A DNA stretch of 64,000 nt from Candidatus Eiseniibacteriota bacterium (GTDB taxonomy: Bacteria > Eisenbacteria > RBG-16-71-46 > CAVPCR01), in assembly GCA_963702435.1 (NCBI GenBank), contig CAVPCR010000005.1, positions 474,688-538,687 of the forward strand, read 5' to 3'. How positions within the stretch are numbered: position 1 is the stretch's first letter; every line of letters begins with the position of its first letter. The notes under the pieces are model-generated. The model was not told the origin of the DNA. It was given only the letters and a program-made list of their open reading frames with translations, and did not search any database. Positions 9,920-18,944 of the stretch are shown here, in pieces. A program made the position numbers and the translations under genes.

Positions 9920-11978
9920 CCTGTTCCACCTCTCGTACCGCCGTGCCGCCCACCCCCGGGTGGTTGCCGCCGTGGCCGTCGCTCGTCGCGCTCCCGGCGC
10001 CGCCGGCAGCGGCCCGGTGCTGATCGTGCTCGGCGGCCCGGTGCTCCCCGTGCCCGCCGTGTCCGCCGTGCCCGCCGTGCTCGGCATGCCCTCCCGCGTG
10101 CACCTTGCCGTAGAGCATCGCGGTGTCGAGCGGATAGACATCGGGATCGAAGATCACCGTGTAGAAGTGCCAGACGAGGATGGCGAGCGAGGCCAGCACC
10201 GCCTCGTAGTAGTGGATGTAGGTCGCCAGATCGGGCATCCAGGCCGGCAGGTTGGCGAGCGTCCAGTTCTTGAAGACGAGGAGCAGGCCGGTGAGCGTCA
10301 TCACCACGCTGCCCCAGACCAGCGCCCAGTACTCGGCCTTCGCCACGTAGCTGAACCCGTGCGGCTCGGGCGCGTGCATCGACGGCACCTTGCCGGTGAA
10401 GAACCCGAGCGCGTGCCCGACGTCCTGGATGCGGAAGGCGAGCCCGACGATGAGCCGCCGCCCCCGCGGCTTCAAGATCACTCGCACCGTGTGCTCGATG
10501 CTGAGGACGACGAAGATGATGGCGAAGAAGCGGTGGAAGTTGCCGCGGAAGGTCTCACCGCCGAGCCACTGGAAAGGCGCCGCCCACCACTCCTTGGGCC
10601 ACTTGATCGCGAAGCCGGAGTAGGCGAGCGCGATGAAGGAGACGAGCAGGAAGACGTGCTCCAGCCGCTCGACCGAGACCCAGCGCTCGTAGCGCCGCGT
10701 CACGCGTTCGCGGGCCAGGTGCCGGCGAAGCTTGCGGAAGAAGTCGAGCGCATGATGGAGGAGCATGCCGCCGATGATGACCGGGATCGCGATCTGGTAG
10801 AAGAGCACGACCCACTGGATGATCGGCACCGACTCCGCCGGGCCGCCGTGCACGGTGAAACCACTGAAGGTGGCTTCCGAGACTCCCGGATGGCACTGGC
10901 CGCAGGTCGTGGGCAGGTTCGCGGTGTTGACCATCGAGCGCGGATCGCTCGAGGGCAGGATGTCGTGCACGCCGTGGCAGCTCGCGCAGTTGGCGACCGT
11001 CGTCTGTCCCGCCTCGGCGGCCAGCCCGTGGTAGCTCTGGCTGTAGCTCTCGACCCGGTTGCCCGGGATCCCGAGCTTCGAGGTGAGCCGCTCGGTGGCA
11101 TGACACCGCGCACAGGTCTCGCTCGAGATCGCCGTCGCGAAGACCGAGGACTTGGGATCGGCGGGGCCGAGGATCGTGTGCTCGCCGTGGCAGTCGGTGC
11201 AGGTGGCTGACTCATCGATCCCGCGGGCGAGCGCCACACCGTGGATGCTCTGGTTGTACGCGGCAGCGATATCACCGTGGCACTTGCTGCAGGTGGCGGC
11301 GATGTTCATGCGGTTGGTCGGCGACTGCGGATTGAGGGGCTTCGAGATGTGGTGCGCCCCATGGCAATCGCTGCAGCTCGCCGCATCGAGATTCCCGCGC
11401 TCGAGGATCGCCCGGCCGTGCACGGTATGCGCATAGCCGGTGCTCGGCATGCTCATGGCGACATCGGGCGGAGTCGCGCTCTCGTGGCAGGTGGCGCACT
11501 GCTTGGGCATGTTCTTCTTGTGCATGAGCGAGCGCTCGTCGCTCGCCGGCAGGAGCGAGTGCACCTCGCCGTGGCACATGGTGCAGGAGAGCGCGCCGGG
11601 TCGCTCCCCGCCATGTCCGTGGTCGCTCGCCCGCACCTCCTTGTCCGCGTCCTCGTGACAGGTCGCGCAGCTCACGACCGGGAGGTCGGGATCGTGCTCG
11701 ACGCCGACCCCCGCATGGCAGTCGACGCAGCTGAACCCGCCGTGCGCCGAGCCGGCAAAGACCGCCGGATCGACCGAGATCGAGATCTCCTGGCCGGCGG
11801 CATTGGTCCCGGTGAGTCCCTCGCTGCCGTGGCAGGCCAGGCAGTCCTCGCTCGTCGGCTGCGCGACCGCGGCGCCGGCGGCGAGGGCCAGGGCGGCGAG
11901 CAACGCGGCCAGCAGGACGGCGCCAGGCGCCGCCCGCCGCCGCGACCCGTTTCCGCTCTTCTCGATCATGCTTCCCAT
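9900..11978 (-). CDS. 11-heme cytochrome c fused to a 5-TM diheme cytochrome-b-like (HydC/FdnI-type) domain; CbcL-like architecture; His-rich C-terminal tail
   Basis: ATG 11978 (MGSMIEK) with an AAGGAG SD, and a signal/anchor LLAALLAALALAAGAAVA. There are 11 CXXCH motifs (CLACH, CVDCH, CATCH, CTMCH, CATCH, CSDCH, CSKCH, CTDCH, CARCH, CASCH, CGQCH). These are followed by 5 hydrophobic helices carrying conserved His (LLHHAL, LEHVF, FHRFF, IEHTV, YIHYYE). The tail is HAGGHAEHGGHGGHGGHGEH. Confidence 0.85.
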   Translation of the reverse strand: MGSMIEKSGNGSRRRAAPGAVLLAALLAALALAAGAAVAQPTSEDCLACHGSEGLTGTNAAGQEISISVDPAVFAGSAHGGFSCVDCHAGVGVEHDPDLPVVSCATCHEDADKEVRASDHGHGGERPGALSCTMCHGEVHSLLPASDERSLMHKKNMPKQCATCHESATPPDVAMSMPSTGYAHTVHGRAILERGNLDAASCSDCHGAHHISKPLNPQSPTNRMNIAATCSKCHGDIAAAYNQSIHGVALARGIDESATCTDCHGEHTILGPADPKSSVFATAISSETCARCHATERLTSKLGIPGNRVESYSQSYHGLAAEAGQTTVANCASCHGVHDILPSSDPRSMVNTANLPTTCGQCHPGVSEATFSGFTVHGGPAESVPIIQWVVLFYQIAIPVIIGGMLLHHALDFFRKLRRHLARERVTRRYERWVSVERLEHVFLLVSFIALAYSGFAIKWPKEWWAAPFQWLGGETFRGNFHRFFAIIFVVLSIEHTVRVILKPRGRRLIVGLAFRIQDVGHALGFFTGKVPSMHAPEPHGFSYVAKAEYWALVWGSVVMTLTGLLLVFKNWTLANLPAWMPDLATYIHYYEAVLASLAILVWHFYTVIFDPDVYPLDTAMLYGKVHAGGHAEHGGHGGHGGHGEHRAAEHDQHRAAAGGAGSATSDGHGGNHPGVGGTAVREVEQDATRRG

Positions 11979-12003
11979 GTCCGCTACTCCTTGCGCGAGG
12001 GGC

Positions 12004-13446
12004 TCACTCGGCATAGAGCCGGCTCACGATCTCCGGGTTGACTTCCTCGATCGCCAGGAGATGGTGGCAGTTCGTGCACTCCTGGCTGATGGTCTTGCCG
12101 TCCGAGCTCACGTGCTGCTCGTCGTGACAGCGGAAGCAACCCGGGGCGCTCTCGTGACCGATGTGGTTCGGATAGGTTCCCCAGGTGACCTTCATTTCGG
12201 GGAACACGTTCCGCCCGTAGATGGTCTTGATCGACTCGACGGCCCGCTCCACCTGGGCGGGGTTCTGTCCCGGCTCCGAGTCACGGTAGAAGGCCCGGAT
12301 CTCGGTGTCGATGGTGGCGAAAGCGGTCTTGCGGTCCGGATACTCGGTCGACAGCACGCGCTCCGCCTCGCGGCGGATGAACGGCAGGTTGCGCGGAATG
12401 GTGCCCAGCCAAATGGCGTCGTTGATGGCCTTGGCCAGCGGCTCGAAGGCGTGGGTCGGCCGGTTGTGGCAGTCCATGCAGTCGAGGGAACGCCGTTCGA
12501 CCCCGGGGCGGGCCTTGGGATCGAAGTCGAGCCCCTCCTTGAGATACTCGGTCGTGTTGCCGGCCGGGTCGGTGACGCCGACCCAGTACATCTCGGTGCG
12601 CGTCGAATCGGCGATGTACTCGATCCGGTTGGCGATGTTCATGTGCCAGTGGATGCCCTCGGCAAAGCCCGACTCGAGGCTGCCGCCGCCGACCTTCAGG
12701 AGCAGCATGGTCGTGAGCTCGGTGTTCTCCCGGTCGCTCGCGAAGCTCTTCTTCACCTTGACGCGATCGCCGTGGAACTTGGCCGGCCAGTGGCACTGCT
12801 CGCAGGTCTCGCGCGCGGGGCGCAGGTTGTGCACCGGATTCGGCAGCGGCCGGTGGTACGTATCGAGCGTCACCGCCACCACCTGGCGGAGTCCGGAGAG
12901 CTTCGACTTGACGAACCACCCGGCGCCCGGACCGATGTGGCAGTCCACGCACTCGACGCGGGCGTGCGGCGACGCCTCATAGGCGGTGTACTCGGGGATC
13001 ATCACCTTGTGGCAGACGAGCCCGCAGAACTCGCTCGAGTCCATGTAGTGCACCGCCTGGAACCCGGCCACGCCCAGGATCATGAGGCTGAGCGCGCTCA
13101 TGATGAGGACGGCGTTCAGCCGCCGCCGGTGATCGGGGCGGTTCAGATCGATGATGGCGAAGGGGGCCCTGCCCTGGGCCTCCTTCTGCCGCATGTAGAG
13201 GCGCCGGCCGATGATGATGAGGATGATGCCGAAGACGAAGAGCCCAGGCAGCACCAGGTAGGCCAGGATGCCGATGTACGGGTTGGTCTCGACGCCGATC
13301 AGCTCGACCACGAGGAAGAACAGGAAGAGGACCACCGAGAACATGACCAGGTTCGCCCCGAGGAGCCCCACCGGGTGGCGCGAGGCGTGGCTCATCAGGT
13401 CGCGGATGCTCCCGATCGCGGTCTTCACCGGTCTGAGCGGACTCAT
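12004..13446 (-). CDS. Membrane-anchored 6-heme NapC/NirT-like cytochrome c (ImcH-like architecture)
   Basis: 480 aa with three N-terminal hydrophobic helices, then CGLVCH directly after the last helix (the NapC/NirT hallmark). Further motifs are CVDCH, CEQCH, CMDCH, CFRCH and CTNCH. Confidence 0.8.
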   Translation of the reverse strand: MSPLRPVKTAIGSIRDLMSHASRHPVGLLGANLVMFSVVLFLFFLVVELIGVETNPYIGILAYLVLPGLFVFGIILIIIGRRLYMRQKEAQGRAPFAIIDLNRPDHRRRLNAVLIMSALSLMILGVAGFQAVHYMDSSEFCGLVCHKVMIPEYTAYEASPHARVECVDCHIGPGAGWFVKSKLSGLRQVVAVTLDTYHRPLPNPVHNLRPARETCEQCHWPAKFHGDRVKVKKSFASDRENTELTTMLLLKVGGGSLESGFAEGIHWHMNIANRIEYIADSTRTEMYWVGVTDPAGNTTEYLKEGLDFDPKARPGVERRSLDCMDCHNRPTHAFEPLAKAINDAIWLGTIPRNLPFIRREAERVLSTEYPDRKTAFATIDTEIRAFYRDSEPGQNPAQVERAVESIKTIYGRNVFPEMKVTWGTYPNHIGHESAPGCFRCHDEQHVSSDGKTISQECTNCHHLLAIEEVNPEIVSRLYAE

Positions 13447-13537
13447 CGTTTCTCCTCTGGCCCCTTCTCTTCTCTGTTCTCTCTACGGTCTTCTCGTCCC
13501 GAGTCCTCTCGACGCGAACCGCCCGCGAAACGGGCGG
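13447..13537 (-). other. Intercistronic leader: ~64-nt polypurine (GA-rich) tract plus a 7-bp GC hairpin upstream of the NapC/NirT-like gene
   Basis: The plus strand at 13447-13510 is almost pure C/T (tttctcctctggccccttctcttctctgttctctctacggtcttctcgtcccgagtcctctc), so it is G/A-rich on the coding strand. Hairpin CCGCCCG-cgaaa-CGGGCGG lies at 13519-13537. Confidence 0.3.
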
Positions 13538-13635
13538 AGCCCGAGCCCGGTCCCGACGTCAGACTGGGCTCGAGCTCCAGCACGGTCAGGGCTAGAGAAG
13601 GCAGGGCGCCGGGCGCCCCGCCGGTCCTTTCGCCG

Positions 13636-15300
13636 TCAATCACGCAGGATGTACGCCCGGCGTGGCATCTTCCCCGGATTCAGCGCCAGCGTGCTCTGCT
13701 GGAGAAGCTGGATCGCGTAGGTCGTGTTGTGCACGCCGTGCGATCCGTCGTATTCGACGAAGAAGTAATTGTATCCCGCCTCGCGCTGATCGCGGGTCGT
13801 GATGTTGGTATCCCCGACCGCGACCGAGAATTCCTCGGCGGTGACCAGGGCCAGGCTGTCCTCAGGGCTCGCGCTGGCGTCGATGATCGCCGTCTTGAGG
13901 ATCCCGAGGAGGCCGTGGATCTCGTCCTGCACGCCCTGGATCTGGCCGCTTCCGTCGAAGTCCTCCTTGGCCAGGATCTGGTCGAAGTCGGTGATCGCGC
14001 CGTGACACTCGGCGCACGCCTCGACGGTCGGGAGGAAGCCGTGTCCGGTGTAGACCACGTCCCCCTCGTGTCCGTGCGTGTGGCAGTGCACGCAGCCCTC
14101 GCGCACCGCGAGGTGCCGGCTCGAGGTCCACGGGAACCCCGGCATGAGACCCTCGTAGGCGCCGGTACCGGCGAGCATGTCGCCCTGATTCGAGTGATGC
14201 GGACCGAAGTGCTCGCTGCCGTTCGCGAGCTGGCCCTCGATGCTGGTCGGCGTCCGCCGGCCGTTGTGGCAGGCCATGCAGAGCCGGCCGGCGCCCGCCT
14301 CCGGTACCACGCTCCCGTCAGGGAGGACGACGTCGGTGGCCGCGGCGTTGCGCAGGTTGGCGAGGTTGTCGTTCCCGTGCGGGTCGTGGCACACGGCGCA
14401 GGTGATGGCCAGCGTGTCCTCGACCGCAGGCGGGTTCACGAAGCCGCCGGGGTTGTCCAGATACGTGCCGGCGTAGACGCCGTTGTGGCACTTGGCGCAG
14501 CCGGCGCTCTCCGCCGCCTCCACGATCACGCTGTTGTGCGGCGACGAACCCCACTCGTCGAAGGTCGGATGGTGCGGCCCGTTGTGGCAGGAACCGCACA
14601 ACCCGGCCGCCGTCACCACGTCCACCGAGCCGGGATCGGGGTTCGGATGCGAGCTCCCCGGACCGTGGCAGTTCTCGCATTGCACGCCGTAGAGGCGGGC
14701 GACTGCCATCTCGTCGTACCCGCCGTTGTTGAGCGCCGGATCGGCATTGACCGCCTTCGCGCCGACGGTGTGGCAGGGTAAGCAGACGTTGTTCCGCCCG
14801 TTGCCGATCGCATTCAGGGTCTCCCAGGCCCCCTGATGCCCCGTCTGCTCCCACGCATCGTACACATCGTCATGGCAGCCGTTGCAGTAGCTCGCCCCGC
14901 GATAGTACGGGCTGGCCGCCGGCACATAGGTGTCGACCCCGAGCGTCCTGGTCCCGACTCCCGCGTCCTGGTTGTTCGTCACGGTGCAAGCGATGTCGTA
15001 GAGCCCCGAGGCCTCGGGCGCCGTCCACTGGGTGGTGTCATTCGACGTGGTCGCGAACGAGCCCCCGCTCGCCGCCCAGCTGTAGGTCAAGGGCGCCGTG
15101 GACCCGCTCTCGACGTCGGCCTTGGCCACGAGCGTGACCGTGCCCCCACCCGCCACCGAATCGGCCGTTGAGGAGACCGTGACCGTGATCGCCGGTGCCG
15201 GCACCACGATCTCGTCATCGCCCTCGCAGCCGCCCAGCAGGGCCATGGCCGCAAGCGCGGCCAGCGCGAGATGAATGAATGGACGAACCGATCGCATCAT
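13636..15300 (-). CDS. 9-heme cytochrome c lipoprotein with an N-terminal Ig-like (PKD/Big-like) domain
   Basis: Signal plus lipobox MMRSVRPFIHLALAALAAMALLGGC. A ~100-aa beta-rich domain follows (TVTVSSTADSVAGGGTVTLVAKA...YDIACTVTNNQ). There are 9 CXXCH motifs (CNGCH, CLPCH, CENCH, CGSCH, CAKCH, CAVCH, CMACH, CVHCH, CAECH). SD GGAGGGAGG precedes the ATG. Confidence 0.85.
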   Translation of the reverse strand: MMRSVRPFIHLALAALAAMALLGGCEGDDEIVVPAPAITVTVSSTADSVAGGGTVTLVAKADVESGSTAPLTYSWAASGGSFATTSNDTTQWTAPEASGLYDIACTVTNNQDAGVGTRTLGVDTYVPAASPYYRGASYCNGCHDDVYDAWEQTGHQGAWETLNAIGNGRNNVCLPCHTVGAKAVNADPALNNGGYDEMAVARLYGVQCENCHGPGSSHPNPDPGSVDVVTAAGLCGSCHNGPHHPTFDEWGSSPHNSVIVEAAESAGCAKCHNGVYAGTYLDNPGGFVNPPAVEDTLAITCAVCHDPHGNDNLANLRNAAATDVVLPDGSVVPEAGAGRLCMACHNGRRTPTSIEGQLANGSEHFGPHHSNQGDMLAGTGAYEGLMPGFPWTSSRHLAVREGCVHCHTHGHEGDVVYTGHGFLPTVEACAECHGAITDFDQILAKEDFDGSGQIQGVQDEIHGLLGILKTAIIDASASPEDSLALVTAEEFSVAVGDTNITTRDQREAGYNYFFVEYDGSHGVHNTTYAIQLLQQSTLALNPGKMPRRAYILRD

Positions 15301-15480
15301 GACGCAACCTCCCTCCGGTTGCTTGAACCCGCTCCCCGGCCCCCCGGTCGGGTGAGCGGAGCATCCCTGCCCGGGACCTGGTCAGGAGCCCGAGGATGGG
15401 TCCGGACCAGCCAGTTCTCTGGTTGCACCGCGCGTGCCGCCACCCCGCACGGTGTCCAGAAGGCACTGCATACACGTAAG

Positions 15481-15497
15481 ATATTGTTTTACAATAT
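15481..15497. promoter_or_regulatory. Perfect palindrome ATATTGT-TTT-ACAATAT in the AT-rich core of the divergent cytochrome promoter region
   Basis: The arms are 7 bp with a 3-bp spacer. It is embedded in acacgtaagATATTGTTTTACAATATtttacagaatacc, the lowest-GC stretch seen in the window. It also overlaps a direct repeat TTTTACA x2. Confidence 0.35.
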
Positions 15498-15636
15498 TTT
15501 ACAGAATACCACGCCGGGCCCCATGGTCCGCCGGATCGGATCACTGCCCCGGCTCTCCAGACAAGATCGCGGAATGGATTCAACACTACCGACAAGATGT
15601 CAAGACCGACGGTCGGAAAGTCCCGACTTGTCCACA

Positions 15637-15685
15637 CTCTGACCAGAGGGCACTATGTCAGAGGAATCAAACCAGCCCTCTGACA
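15637..15685 (+). promoter_or_regulatory. Nested, mutually exclusive inverted repeats sharing a CTCTGAC/GTCAGAG core (possible leader RNA switch or operator cluster)
   Basis: CAGAGGGC (15644-15651) pairs with GCCCTCTG (15675-15682). TGTCAGAGG (15656-15664) pairs with CCTCTGACA (15677-15685), so the 3' arm is shared. A third copy, CTCTGAC, lies at 15637-15643. The cluster is ~210 nt upstream of the barrel-cytochrome operon start. Confidence 0.3.
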
Positions 15686-15892
15686 GATTGTCTTTCGCTC
15701 GGGCCCGAGACGTCCGAAACGACCGCGGATAGGCCACCTAAATGACACTTCACCAATTACTTAGGAAGTCGTCGCGGCATCCCGGCCGTTGGTGCATCCT
15801 TCTTGCGTTGCATGTCCAAGGCAAACGGTCCCGGATCACGCCCCTGTAGAATGCCCCCGGGCGGCAGCATGCCCGGTCCAGGGAGGAAGGTC

Positions 15893-17227
15893 ATGAAGCT
15901 CTCCGCGCGCATCCCCCCGCTCGCGGCCATCGCCCTCACCGTCGTAGTCGCAGCTCTGGCGGCGCTGCCGGCCAGCGGGCAGACCTTTCACGGACGCCTG
16001 ACCACCTCGTTCTACCGCTATGACCGGGCGCCGACCGATTCGACCGATCACGACTACGTCCGGGCCTACGCGCTCGGCATCTTCCACCTCGAAGGGCTCG
16101 CCGACCGGCGCTTCTCGCTGCACACCTACCTGAACGGCCAGCAAGATCTCGCCACGGTGAACCACGACGAATTCGACTACCGCGTGCTGAACCTCTACGC
16201 GCAGTGGAAGGACAAGCCGCAGGGGTACGAGCTCCGCGGCGGGCGCATGCGCATCTTCGCCGGCGTCGCCAACGTGGCCCTCGACGGCGGATACGGGAGC
16301 TACCGCTTCCGCGATCTGGCGACCCTCGAGGCCTTCGTCGGGGTGCAGGCGCCGCTCACCGGGGCGTTCAAGGTCGCCGACTGGGACAACAGCTCCTACG
16401 GCGGCCGGCTCACCTTGCACACGCCCGCGAACCTGACGACCGCCGTGAGCTTCGCCCGCCAGAACCGCGAGCCGTTCACCTATGGCGAGCCCGGCGAGTT
16501 CACCGGACGCGAGCTCGAACTGCCGGCGGACCAGGAAGAGCTCTACGGCGCGAACGCCTCCTGGCGCTTCGAGCCGGGATCGACGGTGTACGGGCGCGTC
16601 GAGTGGGATCGGCTGCAGTGGCGCCTCAAGTACGTCGGCGGCGCGCTCAACATGGCGCGCCCCGGAGAGAAGTGGAGCACCGATCTCGAGTACTTCCACC
16701 GGGCGCCCTCGCTCTACGCCAACTCGCTCCTCTCGGTCTTCAACCAGGGCGACATCGATGAGATCGGAGTCCGGGCGAGCTACCTCGTGACGCCCGCGGT
16801 TCGCGCCTTCGGCAACGTGAACCTCACCTACCTCGACGGCGACTCGGGCCAGCGCTTCGGGGTCGGCGCCGGGCAGGGGCCCTGGAGCGTCTCCTACACG
16901 CACCGCATGGGCTACACCGGCGACTCCGACGCGGTGATCGGGTCCTACCAGCGCGAGATCACCGCGGAGGCCGGCGTCCGCGCCCAGATCGGCTACACGA
17001 GCTACGAGCTCTACGCCGATCAGGAGGAGCGCAACGACTCGTTCGTCCTCGGCCTCGGCGGTGAGCTCCGGCCGCTGCGCACGCTGGCCTTCGACCTGGA
17101 GATCCAGAACCTGAGTCAGGAACTGAGCACGCAGCCGGCATTCGCCGGCTACGAACATGACTGGCGCGGGCACGTTCGCATCACCTACTGGTTCTTCACC
17201 GGGCGCGGTCTCACGGAGGTCTTCTGA
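15893..17227 (+). CDS. Putative outer-membrane beta-barrel (porin-like) protein of the cytochrome operon
   Basis: ATG 15893 with a GGGAGGAAGG SD, and signal peptide MKLSARIPPLAAIALTVVVAALAALPASGQ. The 444-aa protein is rich in alternating hydrophobic/polar strands (VSFARQN, ASWRFE, VYGRVEW, VRASYLV, VNLTYLD, WSVSYTH, RAQIGYTSYELY, LAFDLEIQNL, HVRITYWFF) and ends in ...EVF. Its stop overlaps the next start (TGATG). No family is recognised. Confidence 0.6.
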   Translation: MKLSARIPPLAAIALTVVVAALAALPASGQTFHGRLTTSFYRYDRAPTDSTDHDYVRAYALGIFHLEGLADRRFSLHTYLNGQQDLATVNHDEFDYRVLNLYAQWKDKPQGYELRGGRMRIFAGVANVALDGGYGSYRFRDLATLEAFVGVQAPLTGAFKVADWDNSSYGGRLTLHTPANLTTAVSFARQNREPFTYGEPGEFTGRELELPADQEELYGANASWRFEPGSTVYGRVEWDRLQWRLKYVGGALNMARPGEKWSTDLEYFHRAPSLYANSLLSVFNQGDIDEIGVRASYLVTPAVRAFGNVNLTYLDGDSGQRFGVGAGQGPWSVSYTHRMGYTGDSDAVIGSYQREITAEAGVRAQIGYTSYELYADQEERNDSFVLGLGGELRPLRTLAFDLEIQNLSQELSTQPAFAGYEHDWRGHVRITYWFFTGRGLTEVF

Positions 17228-18483
17228 TGGGACTCGGTGGCCGGATCCAATCGCGCCGCGGTCTGCGGATCGGTCTCCTCGTGGCCGGCGCGCTCATCCT
17301 CACGGCCGGCGCGGTCGCCGCGGCCCGCTACCGGGCGGCCGGGAGCTGGGCGAGCCCACAGGATGAAAGCGCCCTCATCAACTTCTCCCACCAGAAGCAC
17401 GCGGCCATCGGCACCGCCTGTCAGGAATGCCACGGCGGCATCGAGGCGAGCACGAAAGCCGCGGACGACTTCACGCCGCGCATGAAGACCTGCTACGCGT
17501 GCCACGACGAGAACTCGACCGAGTGCTCGTTCTGCCACAAGGAGCCGGGCCCGGAGTACACGGCCTTCGCCCCGGCCGAGCGCGAGGTCCTCTTCAATCA
17601 CAAGCTCCACGTCGAGAAGGGGCTAACCTGCGACCACTGCCATCGCGGCGTCGCCGCGGTCGACCACGCCGGTGCCGCGCAGATGCCGATGATGGCCGAC
17701 TGCACGACCTGCCACGACGGGGCGCAGGCGCCGGCCAACTGCGAGATCTGCCACTCGAACCTGAGCGACCTGTGGCCGAGCACGCATACCGATGAGTGGA
17801 TGCACCGCCATCAGAGCTTCACGAGCGACGACGCGAAGGACGATTGCGCGGCGTGCCACGGCGCCCGCTCCGCCGGGATCACCGACTGCCAGGAGTGCCA
17901 CGAGGGTGAGGTGCTGGCGCGCTCGGGCACGAAGTCCGCCGATCACTTCGCGCCCTACGATCCAAACGCCGCGCGCCGCGGCAAGCCGCTCGTGCTCGAG
18001 CGGGTGCACGCCCTCGACTACGCCTACACCCACGGCCAGGATGCCCGCGGCAAGGAGACCGATTGCCAGTCCTGCCACGAGCCGGCCACCTTCTGCGCCG
18101 AGTGCCATCAGGGGCAGGGCGGAATCCCCCAGGCCAGGCCGCTCTGGCACGGCGGGGCCGACTGGGGCGCCGTTTCCGGCGGCGTGGGTACGGGCGGCGG
18201 CCGGCACGGCGAGATGGCCCGGCGCGACATCGAGAACTGCGCCGCGTGCCATGACGTGCAGGGCCAGGATCCGGTCTGCCTCAGCTGCCACATGGACCGG
18301 CAGCCCGGCGTCGGCAACGATCCGCGCACGCACGAGTCGGGCTTCATGCGCGACGTGAAGGGGCCGTGGCACTACGACCTGAACGAGACCTGCTTCGCTT
18401 GCCACCAGCCTTCGCCGTTCTCGGCGCCCGGTTTCTGCACGTACTGCCACGGGCCACAAGAGCAAGGGAAGGAGGGGAGGTAG
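17227..18483 (+). CDS. 14-heme periplasmic cytochrome c (c3/c7-type repeats)
   Basis: 418 aa with an N-terminal anchor/signal LRIGLLVAGALILTAGAVAAA. There are 14 CXXCH motifs (CQECH, CYACH, CSFCH, CDHCH, CTTCH, CEICH, CAACH, CQECH, CQSCH, CAECH, CAACH, CLSCH, CFACH, CTYCH). Confidence 0.9.
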   Translation: MGLGGRIQSRRGLRIGLLVAGALILTAGAVAAARYRAAGSWASPQDESALINFSHQKHAAIGTACQECHGGIEASTKAADDFTPRMKTCYACHDENSTECSFCHKEPGPEYTAFAPAEREVLFNHKLHVEKGLTCDHCHRGVAAVDHAGAAQMPMMADCTTCHDGAQAPANCEICHSNLSDLWPSTHTDEWMHRHQSFTSDDAKDDCAACHGARSAGITDCQECHEGEVLARSGTKSADHFAPYDPNAARRGKPLVLERVHALDYAYTHGQDARGKETDCQSCHEPATFCAECHQGQGGIPQARPLWHGGADWGAVSGGVGTGGGRHGEMARRDIENCAACHDVQGQDPVCLSCHMDRQPGVGNDPRTHESGFMRDVKGPWHYDLNETCFACHQPSPFSAPGFCTYCHGPQEQGKEGR

Positions 18484-18485
18484 CC

Positions 18486-18881
18486 ATGGAGCGACGTCGT
18501 GGGTTCCGGGGTACTACCTCGGTGATCGCCCTCGCCGCGATCGCCCTGGCCGCGGCCTGCGCCGAGCGGCGCGATCTGCCGGCCTCGCCGGCCCCTCCCG
18601 ACCGCGTGACCTATGAGGCCGACGTCAAATCGATCTTCGACGCGAGATGCATCTCGTGTCACAGCGGAGCCAGCCCGGCTGGGCAATACGACATGACGAC
18701 TCTCGACGGGATCCAGGGCAACGGGCTCGACGGCACGCCGAACGCGATCGCCGGCGACCCGCAAAGCCTGCTTATCGTCGAGTCGCAGCCGGGTGGTAGC
18801 ATGAACTCGTTTTACTCCAGTCCGGACGAGGTGGCGCTGGTCGAGCGCTGGGTAGTGGAGGACAGCCTGGCTGCGCGCTAA
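18486..18881 (+). CDS. Monoheme cytochrome c lipoprotein (planctomycete-type cytochrome c domain-like)
   Basis: ATG 18486 lies 2 nt after the upstream stop, behind a GGAAGGAGGGGAGG SD. Lipobox IALAAAC. Single motif VKSIFDARCISCHSG. Confidence 0.7.
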   Translation: MERRRGFRGTTSVIALAAIALAAACAERRDLPASPAPPDRVTYEADVKSIFDARCISCHSGASPAGQYDMTTLDGIQGNGLDGTPNAIAGDPQSLLIVESQPGGSMNSFYSSPDEVALVERWVVEDSLAAR

Positions 18882-18944
18882 CAGCCAGGCCGGGACCGGA
18901 CCGGAGATGTACGCAAGGCCCCGAGCAAGGAGGAGGAAGTCAAG

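Noticed and set aside
11803-14781. 992-aa plus-strand ORF, and similar giants at 44621..47653 (1010 aa), 35774..38215 (813 aa), 38131..39837, 56781..58415 and 15836..17173
   Set aside because: All lie antisense to genes with clear motifs (multiheme cytochromes, secreted paralogs, ABC transporter, kinases). Their products are Arg/Gly/Ala/Pro/Asp-rich low-complexity strings with no SD-supported start. These are classic shadow ORFs of a ~70% GC genome.
15481-15497. FNR/CRP-type binding site in the cytochrome promoter
   Set aside because: The palindrome ATATTGT-N3-ACAATAT has neither the TTGAT-N4-ATCAA nor the TGTGA-N6-TCACA half-sites or spacing. It is kept only as an unassigned operator candidate.
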